Shown: positions 22,001 through 31,679 of the stretch, piece after piece
Layout: every line of letters starts with the position of its first letter
Position numbering within the stretch: position 1 is the stretch's first letter
Assembly (NCBI GenBank): GCA_965368975.1
Contig: CBDUPA010000021.1
Span: 1-64,000, forward strand
Length of the DNA: 64,000 bases
Direction of reading: 5' to 3'
Source of the DNA: an uncultured bacterium
Lineage (GTDB): Bacteria > Acidobacteriota > Thermoanaerobaculia > Multivoradales > JAHZIX01
Position numbers and translations under genes: made by a program
Notes under the pieces: generated by a model
What the model saw: the letters and a program-made list of their open reading frames with translations, nothing else
Databases searched by the model: none
What the model was told of the DNA's origin: nothing

Positions 22001-22461
22001 TGCTGCGGCAACCCTGGATGTGGTGGAAGCCCGCGAACGGCATGCCTTACAGCAACATGCAGTACGCCTTCGGCGGCCACGTAGTGACCCTGAGCGACGA
22101 GACCACCGCCTCAGACGGCGAAGCTTTCGCCGAGGGCTTCCGCCGTCTCGGCCTGGGCGAGGTGATCGGTGTGCGCAGCTGGGGCGGGGAAGTCTGGCTC
22201 ACCAGCTCGAACACACTGGTCGACAACGGCGTCGTGACGGCGCCCGAGTTCGGCGTCTACGGGCCAGAAGGTGAGTGGCTGATCGAAGGCCACGGCGTGG
22301 TCCCCGACCAGGTGGTCGAGAACCTGCCGCACGCGACCTTCCAGGGCGAGGACGCCCAGCTACGAGCCGCCGTGGACCACCTGCTACGCCTGATCGAGAA
22401 AGATCCGCCGACCGTCCCGGAGCCGCCCCCGTTTCCAGACATGGCACCGCACACTCCCTGA
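19015..22461 (+). CDS. Tricorn-like S41 serine protease with beta-propellers and PDZ
   Basis: [24 protein letters not shown]40-like SPDG repeats, [19 protein letters not shown], catalytic [14 protein letters not shown]. Start ATG 19015 after AAGGGG. Confidence 0.92.
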   Translation: MATFHDVQTRLNHLRHATTSTLCYTLVLLTVAAAVPGPPAAQATEPGYFRFPALHADTIVFTAEGDLWRIGLDGGSAQRLTSHPGQETLAAISPDGQKVAFSAEYEGPMEVYVMPLTGGLPERLTWEGERAKVVGWTPAGEVLYSTRHFATLPDRQLIAIDPSTHAQRRLPLTPATEGCFFPEDETLFFTRQSSQTSFTKRYVGGTAAELWRFTPGTEATPLTADFPGTSHQPQCGDDGRLYFVSDRPLAWTPPELDARVDNRLLSHLQLWSMQPDGSDLRRHTNHQGWDVKRPSLQGGRATYQLGADLYVLDLNATAGSEPRRVDIRLSSDFDQMRETWQDDPADYLTSTELSPNGDRVVLTSRGRVFVAPVKSGRLVAAGRDTGVRYRQANFLPTKKGDPALVAFSDADGEVELWRLDARGVEPPAQITDGGSNLRMQLYPSPDGHRAAIVDRASRLVIVTISGDDGPEGDAPGTEQAVTMSPYFGFSGIEWSPDSRWLAYAMPNEGNTFSQIYVYSLDTGTSTAVTSDRYPSAFPTWSLDGQWLYFISARHLESSVRSPWGYFNPAPHLDKTSKIYALALQPGQRFPFRAPDELSAAQDETSDEDSDKPTNGEDKEDKKDKDKSGVRVDIDFDDLSSRLFEVPIAPGSYDVLAATTKHLYFFSDRNLTALPIGHEDIEPVSIFEGASFYDLSADGKKLLVRQGETLFVGDANGKKLDRGETKVSLDGWTFPIDPREERRQMFVEAWRLARDYFYDPSMHGIDWQGVLDKYLPVSERVTDRAELSDLFGDLIGELSVLHAYVRRGDFREGPDDIAPAFLGARLERDEAGPDGGGYRVAQIYRTDPDRPDEAAPLTRPGVDVQEGDLLLSINGIRLSESNPGTVLRNQAGKQVLLEVLPAGQQEGAHETRRVIVEPINMRAFNELRYDHWEYERRLQVEEWSGGKIGYVHLRAMGGGNYSEWARHFFPVIHRQGLIVDVRHNRGGNIDSWILGSLLRQPWMWWKPANGMPYSNMQYAFGGHVVTLSDETTASDGEAFAEGFRRLGLGEVIGVRSWGGEVWLTSSNTLVDNGVVTAPEFGVYGPEGEWLIEGHGVVPDQVVENLPHATFQGEDAQLRAAVDHLLRLIEKDPPTVPEPPPFPDMAPHTP

Positions 22462-22637
22462 CGAATTGCCTGCTGCAGATCCGAACAGCACGGCCAAGCG
22501 TACCTCCTGATACGGCTCCAAGACGGCGCGAAGACGAGCCCGGAGATCCATTTCCGGATGCTACCACTGACCGTACGGGAGCCCGCGATAGACTCCAACA
22601 GCATCCACGAAGAAACCGACAATGGAGAGAGTCTGCC

Positions 22638-23039
22638 ATGACGGACAAGTTGCACAAGAGTGACGAAGAGTGGCGCGGGGAGTTGACGCCGGAGCAGTTT
22701 CGGGTGGCGCGCAAGCACGGCACGGAGCGTGCGTTCACCGGCGAGTACAACGACTGCAAGGAAGCCGGCGTGTACCGCTGTGTCTGCTGCGGCCAGGAGT
22801 TGTTCGACTCGAACGCCAAGTTCGACTCCGGCAGCGGCTGGCCGAGCTTCTACGCACCGGCCGGCGAGGACGCGGTAGAGATGAACCGCGACACCAGCCA
22901 CGGCATGATCCGTACCGAGGTGCACTGCAGCCGCTGTGAAGCTCATCTCGGACACGTCTTCCCAGACGGCCCGAAGCCAACCGGCGAGCGCTATTGCATC
23001 AACTCGGTGTCGCTGAAGCTGGAGCCACGCGACGCCTGA
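22638..23039 (+). CDS. msrB: Peptide-methionine (R)-S-oxide reductase
   Basis: GTERAF, CVCC and CSRC zinc ligands, [21 protein letters not shown]. Confidence 0.97.
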   Translation: MTDKLHKSDEEWRGELTPEQFRVARKHGTERAFTGEYNDCKEAGVYRCVCCGQELFDSNAKFDSGSGWPSFYAPAGEDAVEMNRDTSHGMIRTEVHCSRCEAHLGHVFPDGPKPTGERYCINSVSLKLEPRDA

Positions 23040-23069
23040 TTCTCATGGGGGGGACCGCGGGTGTGCGAA

Positions 23070-24629
23070 CTATGCGAAGAGTTCTCGCACCCGCGGTTTG
23101 ACCACCTTGCCGAGCGCGTTGCGCGGCAGGTCGTGGACGATGCGCAGCCGGGTCGGTAACTTGTAGGGGGCCAGCCTCGAACGTCCCCAATCGCGCAAAG
23201 CGTCCAGGTTCAGCGACGTGCCCGGACGCAGCAGCAACGCGGCGCCGACGCGTTCACCCCACTCGGCGTCCGGCACGCCGACGACGGCGCAATCGTCCAC
23301 GTCGGGATGGCGGCGCAGCTCGGCTTCGATCTCCAGCGCCGACAACTTGTAGCCGCCGCTCTTGAGAATGTCGACACTGCGACGACCAAGGATCCGGTAG
23401 CCCTGCTCCGTCTTCACCGCCACGTCGCCGGTGACGAACCAGCCGTCACGGAAGGCGGCAGCGGTGTCGTCGGAACGCTGCCAGTACTCGCGGAAGATCC
23501 CCGGACCGCGCACCCAGATCTCGCCGGAAACGACCTCGCCGGATTGGCTCTCTTGGATGTCGCCCCCGCCCTCGTCAAACCCGTTCTCGCCAACCAAGCG
23601 CACCTCGACACCGGGCATCGGCCAGCCGACGTGACCGGGCACGCGTTCGCCGTCGAGCGGATTCGACAGCGCCATGCCGATCTCGCTCATGCCGTAACGT
23701 TCGAGCAGCGCATGGCCGGTGACCTGGTGCCAGCGCTCGAAGATATCGGCGGGCAGTGCAGCCGAGCCGGAGACCATCAGCCGCAAACGTGCCGCGGCCT
23801 GTGACCAGGCGCGCCGCTGCGACGGCGGCGCGGCGTCCCATGCGGCGAGAAGACGCACGTAAACGGTGGGGACGGCCATGAAGACGGTGACGTCATCGTG
23901 CAAGCGGCCGGGCTTGCCTCCGCGCTCGAAGGAGCGCCAGACCGCTTCGGCATCGAACCTGGGCAATGGCTGCCACACAGCCCCATTCCACAATGCCGTG
24001 GCCTGCACGTTGACCAGGCCATGCACGTGGTGCAGCGGCAGCACGCCGAGGACGTGATCCTCGGCGGTCCAACCCCAGGCGTCGGTCATTGCCTGCATCT
24101 GGACCTCGAGCATGCCGTGGTGCCACACGACGCCCTTGGGCTTGCCGGTGGTACCGCTGGTGTAGATCAGCAAAGCGCGGCGGTCGGCATCGAGTTGCGG
24201 AAGATCTTCGCTCCGCTCACGGGTAGCGTCGAACAATTCCGCGGGCATGACTCGCCGCAATCGGTCGACGTCCAACTCTCGGGCCACGTCCGCCAAGTCA
24301 CCCGACTCAGGCGCAATCAGTACCGAGGCCCCAGAATCCCGCAGCACGTGCTCGAGCTCCGGCCGCGGGTGCGACAAGCACAACGGCACCGCGATGCCGC
24401 CGGCACGCCAGATACCCCAAAGTACAGCCACGAACTCTCGACTCGGTGGCAACAGCACGGCAACGCGGGCTTCGGCCAGATCGCAGCAAGCTCCGGAGCG
24501 GGTCAGCAACAGATGCCTGGCCACCCGGGCGGAAGCCTGCAGCAGGTCCGCGTAGGTCCAAGCTCCCTGCTCCTCGACAATCGCTAGCCGGGCAGGGCAA
24601 GCGTCAGCACGGCGAATGAGTTCCAGCAT
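23070..24629 (-). CDS. Acyl-CoA synthetase, malonyl-CoA synthetase (MatB/ACSF3)-like
   Basis: YTSGTTGKPKG, LPLHHVHGL, LERYGMSE, TGD, LPRNALGKV. Confidence 0.85.
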   Translation of the reverse strand: MLELIRRADACPARLAIVEEQGAWTYADLLQASARVARHLLLTRSGACCDLAEARVAVLLPPSREFVAVLWGIWRAGGIAVPLCLSHPRPELEHVLRDSGASVLIAPESGDLADVARELDVDRLRRVMPAELFDATRERSEDLPQLDADRRALLIYTSGTTGKPKGVVWHHGMLEVQMQAMTDAWGWTAEDHVLGVLPLHHVHGLVNVQATALWNGAVWQPLPRFDAEAVWRSFERGGKPGRLHDDVTVFMAVPTVYVRLLAAWDAAPPSQRRAWSQAAARLRLMVSGSAALPADIFERWHQVTGHALLERYGMSEIGMALSNPLDGERVPGHVGWPMPGVEVRLVGENGFDEGGGDIQESQSGEVVSGEIWVRGPGIFREYWQRSDDTAAAFRDGWFVTGDVAVKTEQGYRILGRRSVDILKSGGYKLSALEIEAELRRHPDVDDCAVVGVPDAEWGERVGAALLLRPGTSLNLDALRDWGRSRLAPYKLPTRLRIVHDLPRNALGKVVKPRVRELFA

Positions 24630-24833
24630 CCCGTCATCCTACCTGGCATAGCGCGGCCCATTCGACAAACCATGGCAAATACTGCATATATCCCTTTTCT
24701 TACTGATGCTTTCCTGACCCAGGAAACGCAATTCTAGCCTTGAGCTAGCCTTGCTTTGCTCGTCTTATATCTTGCCAGAAGATCTTGCCATTTCATTCCG
24801 ATGCGGCTTCGGCCGCCACAGCAAGGGCTTCCC

Positions 24834-26030
24834 ATGATCAGACTACAGCTCTTTTCGGCTCCCCTTCGAGATCTCGCGAACTCGACCTCTCACGGCTGGA
24901 ACGCACTCAGCCGCAGCCTGCTCCTCGCCGTGCTGATCCTGAGTGCGACTTTGCCTGCCCCGCTCGCCTGGGCTTCTGAAGGCAGCCCGAGTCTCGGTGA
25001 TCGATTCGAGATCTTCGGTTTCCTGACCCAAGGCTTCGCCAAGAGCGATGGCAACCAGGTCTTCGGCATCTCGAAGGACGGTACCAGCGACTACCGCAAC
25101 CTCGCGCTGCAGTTGCGCTTCACGATCAGTGATGCGGACCTTGTCGTGGTGCAACTCAACCATGAGACGATCGGTGACTCTCCGGGTTCGGATTTGCAGG
25201 ACGACATCGAACTCAATTGGGCCTTCTACCGCCGAACTTTGGCGGACAACACCTACATCAAGGCCGGACGCATGCCCATCCCCGTCGGACTGTACACGGA
25301 GATCCGCAACGTAGGCACGGTATTGCCCTTCTACCGGCCGCCGGAAGCTCTCTACGGAATCGCCGGACAATCGGCCTTTATCCTGGAGTCTCTGGACGGA
25401 GTGATGCTCAGTCACTCGTTTTGGCCCAACAAAGACTGGAACCTAGATGCCGAGGTTTATTACGGCGGCTGGGACTTCCTCGAGCGGAGCCGCACTACCG
25501 GTGACTTCATCGAGACCCGGGCGGAAGACGCCGTCGGCGGCTCCTTGTGGCTCAACACCCCTTGGGCCGGTGTACGCGCAGGTATCAGCGGCGTACGCTT
25601 TGATACCGACAACCTTGATGGAACCACGAGCACAAACGAACAGTGGGTTTCGTCCGTCGAAGCCGCCTGGAACCGTCTGCTGGTCAGAGGGGAGTACATG
25701 GACTATGACCTGCGCTTCTTGGGCAGCGATGTCAACTACGAGGCCTTTCACGTCCAGCTCGGGTTCCAGCTCAGCGAACAATGGCAAGTCTGGGTACAGC
25801 ACCAGGAAAGCCAGCTGCAGACCAACATTCCCTTTGTGGGCAGAGTCGATGCCGATTTCATCCAGGAAGAAGCCGTAGCTGTCCGCTACAGCTTCTCTCA
25901 ACAGAACGTAGTGCTACGCCTTGAATGGCATGACCAAGAGAGCGTGGCCGTTGAGAATCGAGCATTCGATTTGCTCGCCCCGGCCTACGACACGAAGTAC
26001 AGCATCCTGAGCGTTTCGGTCAGCTTCTGA
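24834..26030 (+). CDS. Outer-membrane beta-barrel (porin-like) protein, paralog 1
   Basis: Signal peptide ending APLAWA, amphipathic strands, C-terminal YSILSVSVSF. Start codon uncertain (24801 or 24834). Confidence 0.8.
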   Translation: MIRLQLFSAPLRDLANSTSHGWNALSRSLLLAVLILSATLPAPLAWASEGSPSLGDRFEIFGFLTQGFAKSDGNQVFGISKDGTSDYRNLALQLRFTISDADLVVVQLNHETIGDSPGSDLQDDIELNWAFYRRTLADNTYIKAGRMPIPVGLYTEIRNVGTVLPFYRPPEALYGIAGQSAFILESLDGVMLSHSFWPNKDWNLDAEVYYGGWDFLERSRTTGDFIETRAEDAVGGSLWLNTPWAGVRAGISGVRFDTDNLDGTTSTNEQWVSSVEAAWNRLLVRGEYMDYDLRFLGSDVNYEAFHVQLGFQLSEQWQVWVQHQESQLQTNIPFVGRVDADFIQEEAVAVRYSFSQQNVVLRLEWHDQESVAVENRAFDLLAPAYDTKYSILSVSVSF

Positions 26031-26234
26031 GTCGGCCGCGCCAGGGCGGAAGTCTGCGCACCACGCCGCGAGGATCACCAACTGGTCCTTATGCGCAAGC
26101 AACTCCGTATTTCCTGATGTTCCCCTGACTTGGCGGGCTTGATACTTCCGTTGAAATGAGAGCAACTCTGCTCTTCCAACGTCTCGACAGATCTACTTCA
26201 ATGCGGCTTTGACCGTGCCTACAGAGGTCCCCCC

Positions 26235-27428
26235 ATGAAGAACTCCGAACTCCGAGTGAATGCGGTGCACATGGCCGCGCAGCCCCAGCGCTGGTTGCCT
26301 TGCGCCAGCCGCTACCTGCTTCCCGCCATTCTGCTCTTGGCGTCAACCCTACCGGCACCGGCAGCTTGGGCTTCCGACGATGGACCGAGCCTCAGTGATC
26401 GATTTGAGATCTTCGGTTTTCTGACCCAAGGCTTCGCCAAAAGCGATGGCAATCAAGTCTTCGGAATCTCGGAAGACGGCACCACCGACTACCGCAACAT
26501 CGCGCTGCAGCTCCGCTTTACGATGACGGAAGCAGATCTCATCGTGGTGCAGCTGAACCACGAAGCCGTGGGTGAGGCGCCCGGCTCCGAGTTGCAGGAC
26601 GACATCGAACTCGACTGGGCCTTCTACCGCCGAACCCTGGCACCGAACACTCACGTCAAGGCCGGGCGAATGCCCATTCCACTAGGCATCTACACGGAGA
26701 TCCGCGAGGTCGGAACGGTACTGCCTTTCTATCGACCACCAGAGGCACAGTATGGTTTCGCCGGTCAGTCCGCCTTCACGCTGGAGGCCGTCGACGGCGT
26801 GATGCTCAGCCGCTCCTTCTGGCCGGATCGCGACTGGAGCGTCGATGCCGAGATCTACTACGGCGGCTGGGATTTCCTCGAGCAGGACGGCACGACCGGC
26901 GTGTTCTCGGAAACCCGGGCAACCGACGCCTTCGGGGGCTACGTCTGGCTCAACACTCCCTGGCCGGGAGTCCGCTTCGGTTCAGGCGGCGTTCGCTTCG
27001 AGATCGAGGGCCTCGACGGCATCACGAGCACCAACAAAATGTGGGTATCCTCGCTCGAAGCGGCCTGGAAACGATGGCTCCTGCGCGCAGAGTTCATGGA
27101 CTACCAGCTCCGCTTCCTGGGAAGCGACGTCGACTACGGAGCCTTTCACGTGCAACTCGGCTTCCAGATCAACGATGCCTGGCAACTCTGGGTCCAGCGC
27201 CAGGAGAGTTCCTTTGACACTGAGATTCCTTTTATCGGCACCATTGACAGAGACTACCTGGACGAAACGGCCATCGCTCTGCGCTACAGCTTCTCCAACC
27301 AGGATGTAGTGGTGCGCTTGGAATGGCACGATCAGGAGGCATTGCAAGTCGACAACCTGCCGATCAATATCTTCGGCAAGCCTTTCGAAACGAAGTACAG
27401 CATCCTGAGCGTTTCGGTCAGCTTCTGA
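26235..27428 (+). CDS. Outer-membrane beta-barrel (porin-like) protein, paralog 2
   Basis: Colinear with paralog 1 (DRFEIFGFLTQGFAKSDGNQVFGIS shared), same C-terminal YSILSVSVSF. Confidence 0.82.
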   Translation: MKNSELRVNAVHMAAQPQRWLPCASRYLLPAILLLASTLPAPAAWASDDGPSLSDRFEIFGFLTQGFAKSDGNQVFGISEDGTTDYRNIALQLRFTMTEADLIVVQLNHEAVGEAPGSELQDDIELDWAFYRRTLAPNTHVKAGRMPIPLGIYTEIREVGTVLPFYRPPEAQYGFAGQSAFTLEAVDGVMLSRSFWPDRDWSVDAEIYYGGWDFLEQDGTTGVFSETRATDAFGGYVWLNTPWPGVRFGSGGVRFEIEGLDGITSTNKMWVSSLEAAWKRWLLRAEFMDYQLRFLGSDVDYGAFHVQLGFQINDAWQLWVQRQESSFDTEIPFIGTIDRDYLDETAIALRYSFSNQDVVVRLEWHDQEALQVDNLPINIFGKPFETKYSILSVSVSF

Positions 27429-27471
27429 GGCGACGTTACGATGGCCAAGGGCAAGGTCTACAATACCTGCC

Positions 27472-30400
27472 ATGGCCAAACTCCCCGCATCTCTGGATTC
27501 GGCCGGTCACCTAGGGTCGCGCTGGCCCCCTCTGAGCCGGGCCTCTTCTTGCTGGGCCCTCTTGTGCTGGGCCCTCTTGTGCTGGCTGGGCACCTTTCCG
27601 CTGGGAGCAACCAGCACTCGTACCGGCATCGGAGGTTCAGCCACAGGCGGCCCTGAAGGACGCACCGCGACGACGCCACGCGTTACCGGTCACCTGGTCG
27701 ACGGCCAGGGGCGTGATGTCGCCGGTGCCCACGTCTCGTTGCTACCCTGGATCTCGCCGTACGAGCAGGCGCTGCTGGAGCTGAACCAGCAGAACGACCC
27801 CGCACCGGTGGTCCGCGCCGTGAGCGGCCGCGATGGTCTCTTCGACCTGCAAGCGCCGGCAGGGGGACCGACCACCCACCTGTGGCGGCTGCGGGTGGAC
27901 GCCGCGGGCTTCGTGCCACAGGAGCGACCGCTCTTGCCCTGGCTCGACGACCTCGACTTACCAACGCTGCGCCTGGAACCCGCCGTCCCGCGGCGTGTGC
28001 AGCTGCGTGGCAGCGACGGGCGAGCCCTACGCGGTGCACGCATCGTGCTGCAGAGCCAGGAGGTTCGGCAGGCCTGGACGCGGGCGGTACGCAGCGGCTG
28101 GACCGGGCGCGGCGGGCGCCTGCGACTGGACGCAGGCTTGGGCGAATCTCTGCACTTGGCGGCCTGGGCCAAGGGCTTTCAGGAGACGGTTCTCACCTAC
28201 AATGGCGAGACAGGACATATCAACGGTCGCCTGCAGCCGGCCGTACCACGTGGCCTGCGCGTGCTCGACCCGACAGGCAGCCCAGCCGCCGCGGTCGTCG
28301 TACGTATCGGAAGCGGCGAATGGCCGACAGGTATCACGGATGCACGCGGCTACCTGCGCCTATTCATTGCTATCGATGGCGAAACTCCTGTGCTGGTCGA
28401 AGACGCCCACGGTCGCAGGGCACGCGGTCTGCTGCAGCCGGCGCCGGACAAAGCAGGCATCGAGACGCCGCATACCCTGACCCTCGAAGCACCCTGGGTC
28501 GTCTCGGGCCGCGTTCTGGACGCGCGAGGAGTCCCGATCGCTGGCGCGTTGGTGTGGTCGGCGGCCTTGCCGGCATTCAGCACTCGCAGTGGCGGCAAGG
28601 GCGATTTCCAGCTACCAGTACCGCGACGCCCTGGCAACGTCACCACGGTGTTCGCCGCCGCCACAGGCTTCCGCCCCCGGCGCGACCAGGTCCAACATGC
28701 CCCCGCGGCGGACGGAGCGCCTCGAGACCCACCGCTGGAGCTGCGCCTGCACCCCAGCCGCTCGGCCGAAGGCGTGGTGGTCGACGCCGACGGCACTGGC
28801 ATCGCCAACGCCAGCGTCTATGCGCTTCGCACCGTCGGTAACCTGGACCAGCAGGCAACGCGCAGCCTCGACGGCGGCATCTTCCGGCTCACCGGACTGC
28901 ATGCCGAAGGTAGCTACGACATCGTCGCGCAGGCTCCCGGCTACGCACGTGCTCTCGCCGTGTTGCCTTCCCCACGTGCCCAGGCTAGGCAACCAACGCT
29001 AAGGCTGGTGCTGCGGCGCGGCTTGCGGGCGGTCGGTACAGTCGCCGACACGGACGGTCTGCCGATCCCGGACGCCGAGGTCCGGTTGCGGCCGAACAGC
29101 GGTACCCCGGCTGTCCCGAGCTGGGGGCAGGGACGCGCTGGCTCGGCGTACCGGGCCTCGACGGGTGAGCAAGGTGCTTATCAATTCCAGCACCTGAACC
29201 CCGGCCGCTACAACTTGGAGGCCGACGCCCCCGGCTACGCACCGACGCGCGTGCGCGGCATCGAGATCCCCGAAGGTCAGGAGGTCAACGACCTCGGCAC
29301 CATTCTGCTCGAACCCGGTGTGACGCTCTTCGGCCGCATCGTCGATATCGACGAGCAACCGCTGGCCGGCGTCAGCATCAAGGCCCACGCCGCGTCGAGC
29401 TTTCGGGCCAAGGACCAGCGGGGCAACTTCCTGACCGACGAAGATGGCCGCTTCCGCTTCGACGACCTGCGAGCCGGCGAGCGCCTGGATCTGCAGATCG
29501 AGCGCAACGGCTACCTCGACGAGACCGTGCACGGGGTCGAAGTGCCACTCGACGCCACCCTCGAGGTCACGCTGCGGCGTTCGCGCTACCTCACCGGCCG
29601 TCTGCTCAGCACCGACGGACAGCCGATGCCGGACGCCACCGTCCTGCTGGCACCGCTCGAGGGCACCTTTATCGTCGGTCGCCAGCCAATCGGCGTCGCG
29701 ACGCGGCACGGGACGGCGGACGAGGAGACAGGCCTCTTCGAGGTCTCCGATCTGCTACCCGGACGCTATCAGCTGCGCGCCAGTGCACCCGGCTACCTGG
29801 AGCGCGAGCAGGACGTCGAGATCCCTGCCGAGGGCACCGCCGAGCACCTGGAGCTGCGGCTGGACCGGGGCGCCACCCTCACCGGTACCGTGCGCAACGC
29901 CGACGGTCTGTCCCTCCCCGGCATTCTCGTGCAGCGACTGGGTGACGGCGGTCCGCCCTCGCCATTCGACAACGACGCACGCCAGCGCTCCGGCGAGGAC
30001 GGCAGCTACAAACTGACTGGCCTGGCCGCCGGCCGTCACGAGGTCGAGGCCAGGCACGGTAACTTCCTGCGCAGCGTGCACGAGGTCGAACTCTCGCCCG
30101 GCGGCGTGCACCACCTCGACTTCGAGTTGCGCGCCGGTGCGTCCCTGTCCGGCGAGGTGACCGACGAAGCCGGTACCGCGATCTCCGGCGCTCACCTGCT
30201 GATCTCCGGTGCCAGCAACTACAAGGTGGTCTACAGCGACGCCGAAGGACGCTTCCAGGTGTCCGGCCTGGGCGAAGGCGACTTCAGGGTCCGCGGCAGC
30301 CATCCCGACTATGCCACCACGGAACTGCCACAGCCGGTCCAGCTGCGCGGCGCCTCGGTCGACGGCATCACCCTGGTGCTGCAGCGCGGCGGCAGTGTGC

Positions 30401-31656
30401 GCGGCCAGGTGCTGGGCCTCGGCTTCGATGAGTTGGCAGACACCAACGTCTGGGCCACCGGCCCAGGCGGCACCATCGCCGGCTCGATGGATTTCGAGGG
30501 TCAGTACCGCATCGAGGCCCTGTCCGCCGGGGCATGGACGGTGATGGCGTCGGTGGCCGGAGATCAGCGCTACGCGTCGGCGCGTATCGAGCTGGTGACA
30601 GGCGAGGAGGGCTACGTCGACATCGAGTTCAAGGCCGGCTTCGTGGTCAGCGGACGTGTGATGCACAGGGCTCAGCCGGTCACCGGCGCTCCGATCCGTC
30701 TGTTCAGTGACGACGATGTCTTCTCCGGTGGCACCGCGGTGACCGACTACCAAGGGCGCTTCGCCGTCGACCATGTCGAGCCCGGTGTCTACCAGCTGCG
30801 CGTGCTGCACACCGGCGAGGGCTTGAATTACTCGGAAGGTATCGACGTCTTTGGAGATCTCGACCTGGAGATCGAGGTCCCCGACCAGAAGCTACGCGGA
30901 CGCGTCGTCGACGCTACCGATGGACGCCCGATCGACCGCGCGCTGCTGCGGCTGAGCCAGATCGGTGGCCGCCCGAGCAATGTCTTTCCGAGTGCCTACA
31001 GCGGCCCGGACGGCAGCTTCGAGATCAGCGGACTGAGTGCCGGCGACTGGCGCTTGCAGGCGGACCGGGACGGCTATGCCAGCGCTTCCGTCGACGTAGA
31101 GATCGGCCCCGGCTTCGACACGGAAGGCCTGGAGCTGCGCCTCGGTCCCGCTAGCGGCCTGACACTGCGCATCCTGCTGCCTACCGGCCGGCCGGCGGAC
31201 TATGCCGCCGTCGCGCTGCTCGACGCCCAGGGCAGACCCGTGAGTGCTGAGGCCCGCAACACAGGGGAGAACGGACGCTTCCACCTCGAGCGCGCACCGG
31301 CCGGCACCTGGACTGTCGTGGTCACCAGCTACGGCATCTCGACGGTGGTCACCGCCACGGCCCCAGGACCGGTCGTGCCGGTAGACCTGCCGGCAGCCGG
31401 CAGTCTAGAACTACGCGTCCCGTCGCTCGAGGACAGCCAGGCTCTGCTGCGCCTGCGCGGCGCTGATGGCCAGCCGTTCCGCACCGCCTCCGCCAGCGGC
31501 GTGCGCGACCACTGGCTGCTGCGCCAGGGACGCCTGAACCTCAACGGAGTTCCGGCCGGCACCTGGATGCTGGAGATCTCCACTGCCGACGGCACCACCC
31601 GCACGCACACCGTGCAGTTGAGGGCTGGTGAGCGACAGAGCGTCGAACTGCCTTGA
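27472..31656 (+). CDS. Large secreted carboxypeptidase-regulatory-like repeat protein (1394 aa)
   Basis: Many GxVxDxxGxPIxGAxV...TDxxGxFxxxxLxxGxYxLxAxAPGY modules. Confidence 0.8.
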   Translation: MAKLPASLDSAGHLGSRWPPLSRASSCWALLCWALLCWLGTFPLGATSTRTGIGGSATGGPEGRTATTPRVTGHLVDGQGRDVAGAHVSLLPWISPYEQALLELNQQNDPAPVVRAVSGRDGLFDLQAPAGGPTTHLWRLRVDAAGFVPQERPLLPWLDDLDLPTLRLEPAVPRRVQLRGSDGRALRGARIVLQSQEVRQAWTRAVRSGWTGRGGRLRLDAGLGESLHLAAWAKGFQETVLTYNGETGHINGRLQPAVPRGLRVLDPTGSPAAAVVVRIGSGEWPTGITDARGYLRLFIAIDGETPVLVEDAHGRRARGLLQPAPDKAGIETPHTLTLEAPWVVSGRVLDARGVPIAGALVWSAALPAFSTRSGGKGDFQLPVPRRPGNVTTVFAAATGFRPRRDQVQHAPAADGAPRDPPLELRLHPSRSAEGVVVDADGTGIANASVYALRTVGNLDQQATRSLDGGIFRLTGLHAEGSYDIVAQAPGYARALAVLPSPRAQARQPTLRLVLRRGLRAVGTVADTDGLPIPDAEVRLRPNSGTPAVPSWGQGRAGSAYRASTGEQGAYQFQHLNPGRYNLEADAPGYAPTRVRGIEIPEGQEVNDLGTILLEPGVTLFGRIVDIDEQPLAGVSIKAHAASSFRAKDQRGNFLTDEDGRFRFDDLRAGERLDLQIERNGYLDETVHGVEVPLDATLEVTLRRSRYLTGRLLSTDGQPMPDATVLLAPLEGTFIVGRQPIGVATRHGTADEETGLFEVSDLLPGRYQLRASAPGYLEREQDVEIPAEGTAEHLELRLDRGATLTGTVRNADGLSLPGILVQRLGDGGPPSPFDNDARQRSGEDGSYKLTGLAAGRHEVEARHGNFLRSVHEVELSPGGVHHLDFELRAGASLSGEVTDEAGTAISGAHLLISGASNYKVVYSDAEGRFQVSGLGEGDFRVRGSHPDYATTELPQPVQLRGASVDGITLVLQRGGSVRGQVLGLGFDELADTNVWATGPGGTIAGSMDFEGQYRIEALSAGAWTVMASVAGDQRYASARIELVTGEEGYVDIEFKAGFVVSGRVMHRAQPVTGAPIRLFSDDDVFSGGTAVTDYQGRFAVDHVEPGVYQLRVLHTGEGLNYSEGIDVFGDLDLEIEVPDQKLRGRVVDATDGRPIDRALLRLSQIGGRPSNVFPSAYSGPDGSFEISGLSAGDWRLQADRDGYASASVDVEIGPGFDTEGLELRLGPASGLTLRILLPTGRPADYAAVALLDAQGRPVSAEARNTGENGRFHLERAPAGTWTVVVTSYGISTVVTATAPGPVVPVDLPAAGSLELRVPSLEDSQALLRLRGADGQPFRTASASGVRDHWLLRQGRLNLNGVPAGTWMLEISTADGTTRTHTVQLRAGERQSVELP

Positions 31657-31679
31657 CGCCCGAACGGACGATTCTCAGG

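Noticed and set aside
22275-22637. N-terminal extension of MsrB in the ORF track
   Set aside because: It overlaps the tricorn 3' end and is low-complexity. ATG 22638 follows GGAGAG and matches the family start.
24630-24830. Sigma54 promoter upstream of the barrels (TGGCAAATACTGCA)
   Set aside because: The GG-to-GC spacing is 8 nt, not the required 10.
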